Source: Candidatus Omnitrophota bacterium
Lineage (GTDB): Bacteria; Omnitrophota; Gorgyraeia; 2-01-FULL-45-10
Direction of reading: 5' to 3'
NCBI GenBank assembly: GCA_023818895.1
Contig: JAMWCX010000001.1
Coordinates: 149,789 to 181,788, forward strand
Length of the DNA stretch: 32,000 nucleotides
This document shows positions 7,438-13,510 of this stretch, in pieces. The notes below the pieces were generated by a model. That model had not been told where the DNA came from. It was given only the letters and a program-made list of their open reading frames with translations, and did no database searches. Both the position numbers and the translations under genes were made by a program. Position 1 is the stretch's first letter. The number at the start of each line of letters is the position of its first letter.

Positions 7438-8616
7438 TCACCATTTGTTATTTATCGCGCTTCTCCTTATCCATCCGCGCCGTTTGCCAAAAAATATCAT
7501 GGCCGTAATAGCCATTCCAAAGACCGTCGCCGGATCGGGGGCGCCTTTTTCACCTAATCCGCCTCCCAGATAAATATACCGCTGGCCTGTTGACATGTTT
7601 ATAAAGATATCACCAGGGTTGTGACCTGTCCAGATAGGGTCATCATGGGGTATATACTCCCAAGTAACATCGTCTATAGTTACTTCACCTTCCTGTGCCA
7701 GATAAAGATCGGATAACTGTTTTAATTCGCTGCTACTATACCCCAGATTAAAAAGTGTATTCATACCTATAAGGAGATTTTCATACTTCTCAACGCCGAG
7801 GTCGTAGATCATCTTTATCTCGTTTGAATCAAGCGCGCGATTCCACACGGCAGTATCGTCCATATAGGTGCCCGGGGAAAGAGGGTAATCCTCCGTACTT
7901 CCCGGCTCATAGTACCACCTAACGCCGCCCAAGAGGAACGGAACCCCGGTGGCGCTTAACGACCACTCGCCTATTACCGTATTGGAAACGGCGGTGGGAT
8001 TGCCATTCACGTATATGGATGCCACCTCGTCATAATGATTTACCTGGGATACAATATTCCACGTTATGGCTACATGCGACCATTTGGGTTCTTGTCCATA
8101 AACGGACATCGGTACCTGGACTGAGTTATTCCAATAATAGCTATTATTATCGCCAACAAATGGATACAAAACCGAGTAACCGGAATATGAGCTGTTTTGC
8201 ATAAAAAGGGCGGTCGCCCCAAGCCCGCCGGGGCCATCAAAGCTATTAACATCAGCGTAACCGGCCAGACCTACTCCATCTGACTCCGTCGGGATTTTCA
8301 ACCATACAGAGAAGGTGCCTGCGGTAGGCAGGACGGGCATTTCCTGGCTTACACCATTATAGGGCATTACCGCATTGCCGAATTTTCCCACACCCCACGA
8401 GGTATTGCCGGTATTATTAAAAGTCACGTTAGTATGCCCCGTTGAATCGGCGGCGGTATCGCCGCTTGTTTCATCGAACTTCCAGTAATAAAGCAGTGAA
8501 GTTTCGTAAGAGGCAAAAATAGGCGGGGCGACGCCCGCAATCACGATACATATGATTATGCCTATAAATATTTTCGTCCTCATCGCCCTCACCCCTCTCT
8601 CGAGTTTTGTAATCAT
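7438..8616 (-). CDS. Secreted LamG-like lectin-fold protein with a degenerate PEP-CTERM-like tail (PDP instead of PEP)
   Basis: 392 aa containing YWKFDETSGDTAADSTGH, DDTAVWNRALDSNEIKMIYDLG and the shared pre-tail module (LKQLSDLYLAQEGEVTIDDVTWEYI...). The tail is GAPDPATVFGMAITAMIFFGKRRGWIRRSAINNKW. An alternative start MRTKIF at 8583 would give a cleaner signal peptide. Confidence 0.8.
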   Translation of the reverse strand: MITKLERGVRAMRTKIFIGIIICIVIAGVAPPIFASYETSLLYYWKFDETSGDTAADSTGHTNVTFNNTGNTSWGVGKFGNAVMPYNGVSQEMPVLPTAGTFSVWLKIPTESDGVGLAGYADVNSFDGPGGLGATALFMQNSSYSGYSVLYPFVGDNNSYYWNNSVQVPMSVYGQEPKWSHVAITWNIVSQVNHYDEVASIYVNGNPTAVSNTVIGEWSLSATGVPFLLGGVRWYYEPGSTEDYPLSPGTYMDDTAVWNRALDSNEIKMIYDLGVEKYENLLIGMNTLFNLGYSSSELKQLSDLYLAQEGEVTIDDVTWEYIPHDDPIWTGHNPGDIFINMSTGQRYIYLGGGLGEKGAPDPATVFGMAITAMIFFGKRRGWIRRSAINNKW

Positions 8617-8634
8617 TTTAGTTCCCTCTCAAAC

Positions 8635-8666
8635 AAAAATCCCGACCTCCTACTCGGAAATCGGGA
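8635..8666 (-). terminator. Intrinsic terminator forming the expression platform of leader copy B
   Basis: The minus strand reads TCCCGATTTCC-GAGT(A)-GGAGGTCGGGA followed by TTTTTG. It lies about 20 nt upstream of the start codon at 8616. Confidence 0.75.
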
Positions 8667-8727
8667 CGCGTAATCCTTGGCCAGAGGCCAAGGATGGCCG
8701 CACATTTCAAGAGAAATGTGCAAGCCG

Positions 8728-8829
8728 AGCTTTACGTTAGCTTTAAACGGCAACTGGCTGCCCTGACGATTTTTCCGTCGAGGACCCTATAGCTTTGCGT
8801 CCCACCCTTTCGGGAGGTTTGCGATTATA
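8728..8829 (-). promoter_or_regulatory. GEMM-I (c-di-GMP-I)-like riboswitch aptamer plus conserved 3' mini-hairpin, copy B
   Basis: The minus strand reads TATAATCGCAAACCTCCCGAAAGGGTGGGACGCAAAGCTATAGGGTCCTCGACGGAAAAATCGTCAGGGCAGCCAGTTGCCGTTTAAAGCTAACGTAAAGCT. The GCAAACC / GAAA tetraloop hairpin / GGGACGCAAAGC / second hairpin / GUUGCCG order matches the Vc2-type consensus as I remember it. Two extra perfect hairpins (8672-8694 and 8700-8721) separate it from the terminator. Confidence 0.75.
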
Positions 8830-8850
8830 CCACTTCTGTTATCTAAAGCA

Positions 8851-8880
8851 AGTATACCTTATATATATATATAAATGCAA
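8851..8880 (-). promoter_or_regulatory. Sigma70-like promoter for leader B (TTGCAT-N18-TATACT) with a (TA)7 tract in the spacer
   Basis: The minus strand reads TTGCAT (8880-8875), an 18-nt spacer, then TATACT (8856-8851). The position relative to the aptamer matches the other copies. Confidence 0.5.
8860..8873. repeat. (TA)7 dinucleotide microsatellite inside the promoter spacer
   Basis: tatatatatatata was read directly at 8860-8873. The paralogous promoter of copy C has only (TA)4, at 19615-19622. Confidence 0.9.
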
Positions 8881-8918
8881 TACCAAAAGAGCTGGCTTTT
8901 TCATTTCTAAATTTAACT

Positions 8919-10310
8919 CTACCACTTGCCCGTCTTCTGCGGTTTCGCCTTCGGCAGGTTCTCGATCACCTTGAGCGATTCGCAGAGCTCGAGGTCGGAG
9001 AGTGTCGAATCTTTGAGCTTGCCGGACAGGAACTTTTCGTAACCTCCGAGGTCGAGCATTCCGTGGCCTGAGTAGTTGAAGAGTATGACCTTCTCCTTTC
9101 CTTCCTGGGCCGCCTTTTTGGCCTCATCTATTACGCAGGCGATGGCGTGGCTCGTCTCCGGCGCGCAGATAAATCCTTCAGTTCTTGCCCATGTAAGAGC
9201 CGACTCGTAGGACTTTAACTGGCTATAGGCGCGCGGCTTTATGAGGCCTTCTACTATGCACTGGCTTACCAGTGGCGCCATGCCATGGTATCTTAGTCCT
9301 CCGGCATGGATCGGGGCGGGTATAAAGGTGTGGCCGAGCGTGTACATCGGAAGAAGCGGTGTCATCTTTGCCGTATCGCCGAAGTCATAAGTGAACGGCC
9401 CCTTCGTCATTTTCGGGCAGGTCGAAGACTCAACGGGAAAGATGTCGATCTCTTCGCCGTGAATTTTATCGCAGACGAACGGGAACGAGAGTCCGGCGAA
9501 ATTAGATCCGCCGCCCGCGCAGCCGATCACTACGTCGGGCTTCTTTTCTCCGGCGAGCTTGAGCTGTTTCTTCGCTTCGAGCCCTATTATAGTTTGGTGC
9601 AGGAGGACATGGTTCAGGACGCTTCCCAGCGAATAGCGCGTCTTACCTGATTTATCGCTTACGGCTTCTTCTATCGCTTCGCTTATAGCTATGCCGAGCG
9701 ATCCCGGCGTATCCGGCATCCTCTTCAGTATCTCGCGCCCCGCGCTTGTCTCGTTCGATGGGCTCGCGACGCAATTTGCTCCCCAAACCTGCATCATCGT
9801 CTTACGGAAAGGTTTCTGGTCGAAGCTCACCCTAACCATATATACCTTGCACTCGAGCCCGAGCATGTTGCAGGCGAAAGCGAGCGCGCTTCCCCACTGG
9901 CCTGCGCCGGTCTCGGTCGTCAGCTTCTTTATGCCGAACTGCTTGTTATACCAGGCCTGGGCTACGGCGGTATTGGGTTTGTGGCTTCCCGGCGGGCTGA
10001 CGCTTTCGTCCTTATAATATATTCGCGCTGGAGTCTTAAGGTATTCCTCAAGACGCCTTGCCCTGCGAAGAGGCGTCGGATGCCATATCGCGAGCATCTC
10101 CAATATCTCTTCCGGAATATCTATCCAGCGCTGGCGGCTCACTTCCTGCTCTATGAGGTTTGTGGGGAATACGGGAGCCAGCATGTCCGACGTTATCGGC
10201 TTTCCGTCCGGAGTAAGCGGCGGCTGCATAGGCGTGGGCAGGTCCGCCGCCAGGTTGTACCACTGCTTTGGCATATCACTTTGTCCCAGCGTAAATGTGG
10301 TCTGTTTCAT
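8919..10310 (-). CDS. trpB2: TrpB2-type tryptophan synthase beta-like PLP-dependent enzyme
   Basis: The N-terminus [36 protein letters not shown] is characteristic of TrpB2. A Gly-rich [11 protein letters not shown] loop is present. The ATG at 10310 is preceded by AAGGAG, whereas the ORF-track start at 10376 has no such support. Confidence 0.85.
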   Translation of the reverse strand: MKQTTFTLGQSDMPKQWYNLAADLPTPMQPPLTPDGKPITSDMLAPVFPTNLIEQEVSRQRWIDIPEEILEMLAIWHPTPLRRARRLEEYLKTPARIYYKDESVSPPGSHKPNTAVAQAWYNKQFGIKKLTTETGAGQWGSALAFACNMLGLECKVYMVRVSFDQKPFRKTMMQVWGANCVASPSNETSAGREILKRMPDTPGSLGIAISEAIEEAVSDKSGKTRYSLGSVLNHVLLHQTIIGLEAKKQLKLAGEKKPDVVIGCAGGGSNFAGLSFPFVCDKIHGEEIDIFPVESSTCPKMTKGPFTYDFGDTAKMTPLLPMYTLGHTFIPAPIHAGGLRYHGMAPLVSQCIVEGLIKPRAYSQLKSYESALTWARTEGFICAPETSHAIACVIDEAKKAAQEGKEKVILFNYSGHGMLDLGGYEKFLSGKLKDSTLSDLELCESLKVIENLPKAKPQKTGKW

Positions 10311-10320
10311 AAGTTGCTCC

Positions 10321-10797
10321 TTATTTATATTCTTTTTCAATTTTAGCCAAATAAACGAGGTGCATCTTCTCCTCATTGATAAGTTCTTCGATCTTTTCTT
10401 TGTGTGTCTGGCTCATGTAAGTTAAAAGCTCGCGAAAGAAGAGAATGGCGTCTTTTTCAAATTCCATGCCGTATCTTATTGCCTCGAGCGGCGACTTTAC
10501 ATGTTGGGAAAATTTTTCGGCGGAGACCTGGTTATAAAGCATGTCGTCCACGAGGGCCTTCATATACGACTCGAACTCGCCTTGGTAATTTTCCACAACT
10601 TCCGATTCTTCAACGGAATTGCGAATGGCGGTGAATTTCTTGATATGCTCGGCTTCCCAGTCCTTAAGGCGCGTAAATAACTCCTTCATTTTTTTCTGAT
10701 TAAATTTTGTCGAAACAAAAGCGTAGAAGTCCCTGCGCTTCTTCTCCTTCTCGATGCCCATGTCGATTATTTCGGCGGCATTAAAGACATTTGACAT
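10321..10797 (-). CDS. Ferritin-like / rubrerythrin-family diiron four-helix-bundle protein
   Basis: 158 aa with two E...ExxH pairs ([10 protein letters not shown]...WEAEHIKKF and [11 protein letters not shown]...EEKMHLVYL). The ATG is preceded by AAGGAG. Confidence 0.7.
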   Translation of the reverse strand: MSNVFNAAEIIDMGIEKEKKRRDFYAFVSTKFNQKKMKELFTRLKDWEAEHIKKFTAIRNSVEESEVVENYQGEFESYMKALVDDMLYNQVSAEKFSQHVKSPLEAIRYGMEFEKDAILFFRELLTYMSQTHKEKIEELINEEKMHLVYLAKIEKEYK

Positions 10798-10819
10798 ATA
10801 GGTCTCCTTTCAGTTTCTC

Positions 10820-12031
10820 TTAAAGATATATTATATCTTCTTCGTGATACAGCGCAAGGAATAAGAGCATGTAATCCTTGATGTGGCGCGTGATAAGGAA
10901 ATTGTTGCGTATATGCTCCCTGCCGTTCTCTCCCAGCTTCCTGGCGTAGGCGGGGCTGTTCAAAAGCTGTTTTATGGCGAATGCAGCGCCGTCGACGGAA
11001 TGGCAAAGAAGGCCCGAATATTTATTCGTTATCTGCAGCGGGATGCCTCCGACGCTGGATGCCACAACCGGCTTGGCCTTCCATAGCGCCTCGGTGACGG
11101 TCAGGCCGAACCCTTCCTTAAGAGATTTTTGGACGATCACGTCCGATGCCCTCTGGATCGCGTTCACCTCCATGTCGTTCTGCGGCATGAGGAGGACATG
11201 TATGTCGTTGTCCCGGCAGGCCTCATCCCTGACCTCCTCCAGGACCTGTAGGCCTTCGGGATCGTCCGCCGCCCCTCCTCCCGCCAGGACCAGCTGGCAA
11301 TCGATACGCTTCTTCACCTGCCTGTAGGCCTGGATCACTCCGAGCGGATCTTTCAGCCTGTCGAAACGGGAGATCTGGGTGATCACTGGCTTGTCTTTCT
11401 TTATGCCGTATTTTTTTAATACCGAATCGATCACCTCCTGGGGCAATTCCCTGTTTTTGTCGCTCAAAGGGTCTATGGACGGCGATATCAGGAACTGCCT
11501 TATGGCCAGCCTGTGCGTGAAGCTGGGAGCCGAGAATACGGCGGCGTCGTATCTGATTATGAAATCCATCAGGAATTCCCAGACCCGCTTATCGGGTTTT
11601 GAAATATCGACGTGGCAGCGCCATATCCATTTATTAGCACCTCTCTTATTTACTAGCGCCACAGGCTGCGGGTCATGGACGAACACTATGTCGCCGTAAG
11701 TGTTTAGTCCTTCGATATTTTTCCGGCTGGTCTCCAGGAATATCTCGAAATCTTCTTTCCGTATATCGGTATTCTTTCCGTGCAGGGCGTTATGGAATTT
11801 TTTTGTCACCTCGAAGAACTGCTCGCCGCCTTTGATTACGTCCCACCTGCTATCGATTCCAAGCTGCCCCAGGAGCGGTATCATCCGGTTGAGTATCTCT
11901 GCCACCCCTCCGCCGACGGACGTTGAGTTGATGTGCTGGATGACCTTGCCTTTCAGCCTCCCGGCCAAAAGCCTCAGGTCGTCGATAACTGCCTGCCCCA
12001 CCAGCGGGATGTATTCCTCAATGTTGGCCAT
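10820..12031 (-). CDS. GT4 glycosyltransferase, TreT-like trehalose glycosyltransferring synthase (tentative)
   Basis: 403 aa. The N-terminal KGKVIQHINSTSVGGGVAEILNRMIPLLGQLGIDSRWDVIKGGEQFFEVTKKFHNALHG resembles archaeal/Thermotoga TreT as I remember it. A C-terminal GT-B E(x7)E-type region (SLKEGFGLTVTEALWK) is present. The gene sits in an operon with otsA and otsB. Confidence 0.65.
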   Translation of the reverse strand: MANIEEYIPLVGQAVIDDLRLLAGRLKGKVIQHINSTSVGGGVAEILNRMIPLLGQLGIDSRWDVIKGGEQFFEVTKKFHNALHGKNTDIRKEDFEIFLETSRKNIEGLNTYGDIVFVHDPQPVALVNKRGANKWIWRCHVDISKPDKRVWEFLMDFIIRYDAAVFSAPSFTHRLAIRQFLISPSIDPLSDKNRELPQEVIDSVLKKYGIKKDKPVITQISRFDRLKDPLGVIQAYRQVKKRIDCQLVLAGGGAADDPEGLQVLEEVRDEACRDNDIHVLLMPQNDMEVNAIQRASDVIVQKSLKEGFGLTVTEALWKAKPVVASSVGGIPLQITNKYSGLLCHSVDGAAFAIKQLLNSPAYARKLGENGREHIRNNFLITRHIKDYMLLFLALYHEEDIIYL

Positions 12032-12032
12032 G

Positions 12033-12704
12033 TCAGTCCTTTATGTGGCGCGTTACCAGGCCTATCAGCGTCTTGCGGAGGTTATCCAATGTGCGGGTGT
12101 ATGGATCGAGCCTGGATATGCTTCTTGCCAGCTCTTTATCGCCCAGGGAAGTTTCCACCCACAGGGAGAAATCGTTCGTCTTCTTTTCAAGGCGGAGGCG
12201 CGCCTCGAATATATGGAAATATATGGAATCCATCGTTATCATATTAAGGGCATCGGCGAATTCCCGGAGGTTGTGTGCAACGTAGTTGGTGGGGATCACG
12301 AAACTCACGGACTTTACAAAATAGAACTGTTCGCCCTCTCCCGCGAACCTCAGCCCCGCGGACGGGTTGGCCGCCAGATAGCCCTGTATGATATCCGCTA
12401 TCTTGTTGCGCAGGTCCCTTATCGTCAGAAATTCGATGGTATCTATGCTGGCGAGCCTCTCGCCCAGCTCTTTTTCGCCAAGCACGTTCGTCACCCAATA
12501 GGCAAAATCATTCGGCGGCTCCGGCGAGAGGTACATGTGCTGCTGTAAGAACCGGTGGGTGTGGTGGTATATGGAAGATCCGGGGGCCGTTTTTATTATT
12601 TCAAGAAGCTGTTTCAGGTTGGAAGCCTTCAGACCCGTCAGCTCGGAAAGATGCAGGCGCGTGTGAAACCTGAAAGGTTCTTTTGTTTGCATTGGCTCAG
12701 GCAT
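12033..12704 (-). CDS. Conserved hypothetical protein made of two tandem homologous halves (possibly DUF5752-like)
   Basis: 223 aa. Its halves align to each other (NDFAYWVTNVLGEKELGERLASID...LRNKIADIIQGYL versus NDFSLWVETSLGDKELARSISRLD...LRKTLIGLVTRHI). It is translationally coupled on both sides, with an 8-nt overlap with otsB and a stop 1 nt before the TreT-like start. Confidence 0.6.
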   Translation of the reverse strand: MPEPMQTKEPFRFHTRLHLSELTGLKASNLKQLLEIIKTAPGSSIYHHTHRFLQQHMYLSPEPPNDFAYWVTNVLGEKELGERLASIDTIEFLTIRDLRNKIADIIQGYLAANPSAGLRFAGEGEQFYFVKSVSFVIPTNYVAHNLREFADALNMITMDSIYFHIFEARLRLEKKTNDFSLWVETSLGDKELARSISRLDPYTRTLDNLRKTLIGLVTRHIKD

Positions 12705-13500
12705 TTTGCTCTTCTTTAAACTTTAAGATCATGGTCAGTAGCTGATACACTTCATCCGTGTTATCGGCATAATACCTGGCCGACGAGGCAGGGACATTTC
12801 CTACCATAACCGCGATCCCGTTATCGCCCAACGCTTTAAAAGCCTCCTCATCCGTGGTGTCATCGCCTACATAGATGGGAAAGATATCATTGTCCCCGGT
12901 TCTCATGCGCTCCCTCGCCAATAGCCACTTGACGATCTTGCCCTTACCCCAACCGGTGGCCGGCCGGACCTCTATCACCTTCTTGCCGTCCATTGTTGCG
13001 ATCTTGCCTGCTTCTTTAAAGGGGCCGGTGATCCTGCGGAAGATATCCCTTATCGTGTCCTCGTCGGTATCAGCCATGCGGTAATGAAGGCATAAGGACA
13101 AACCCTTGTCCTCTATAAAGACGCCCGGAGTCGCGGCATATTCGGCAGCAAGTATCGTTTTTATCCGGGCCAGGTTTTCTTTGTAGCTGGGAATGATCTT
13201 CCACTCAGATGTGATATCCTCGCCTTCGACCTCCAGCCCGTGATTGCCCACATATATAATGCCGTCCAGGCCGACGACCGATCTGATATCCGACAATGAC
13301 CTGCCGCTTATTATGGCAAGCCTCAACCCGCCAAGCCGCGAGAGACGCCCCAGAACCTCTTTCGTCTTATCGGGTATGCTCGCCTTATCGGGTGTGTCGG
13401 CGATAGGGGCCAGAGTGCCGTCGCAGTCCAGAAAAAGATAGATATTTTTTCCCTTGAGGCCGTTCTTTATACCGTTCCACACCGAAAAGATATGTTTCAT
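12697..13500 (-). CDS. otsB: Trehalose-6-phosphate phosphatase (HAD superfamily)
   Basis: 267 aa containing the HAD motif I FLDCDGTLAPI, ISGR, and GDDTTDEEAF (motif IV). It lies directly downstream of otsA. Confidence 0.85.
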   Translation of the reverse strand: MKHIFSVWNGIKNGLKGKNIYLFLDCDGTLAPIADTPDKASIPDKTKEVLGRLSRLGGLRLAIISGRSLSDIRSVVGLDGIIYVGNHGLEVEGEDITSEWKIIPSYKENLARIKTILAAEYAATPGVFIEDKGLSLCLHYRMADTDEDTIRDIFRRITGPFKEAGKIATMDGKKVIEVRPATGWGKGKIVKWLLARERMRTGDNDIFPIYVGDDTTDEEAFKALGDNGIAVMVGNVPASSARYYADNTDEVYQLLTMILKFKEEQNA

Positions 13501-13510
13501 TGCACCGCCC

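Noticed and set aside
8640-8820. A specific antiterminator model in which the aptamer arm ACCUCCCGA pairs with the terminator 3' arm GGAGGUCGGGA, with the AGGAGG inside the terminator acting as the sequestered Shine-Dalgarno sequence.
   Set aside because: The complementarity is not maintained in copy D (arm CCGUCC). Each gene also has its own Shine-Dalgarno-like sequence closer to the ATG (for example GAGGGA, AAGGTAGG, GAGGTAGGA). A weaker alternative pairing between the first hairpin's 3' arm and the terminator 5' arm exists in all copies, but I cannot evaluate it without folding energies. The ON/OFF polarity is therefore left open.
8821-8832. TATAAT (with TGn) immediately 5' of GCAAACC in copies B, C and D, which looks like an extended -10 promoter element.
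   Set aside because: A start site 6-8 nt downstream would fall inside GCAAACC and truncate the aptamer. Copy A has CTAAT at this position. A better-spaced -35/-10 pair is conserved about 25-30 nt further upstream in all four copies. The AU-rich block more likely belongs to the 5' flank/P1 region of the RNA.
11700-12548. Long antisense ORFs opposite well-supported genes (11700-12548, 14489-15643, 2243-2821, 15892-16512, 16326-16919, 26546-27040, 13958-14434, 9306-10346 and others).
   Set aside because: They are shadow ORFs on the opposite strand of genes with clear family motifs (TreT-like, OtsA, Pfk, the propeller gene, PPC, TrpB2). Their composition is low-complexity and Arg/Pro/Ser-rich. 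They have no ribosome-binding sites and no recognisable motifs.
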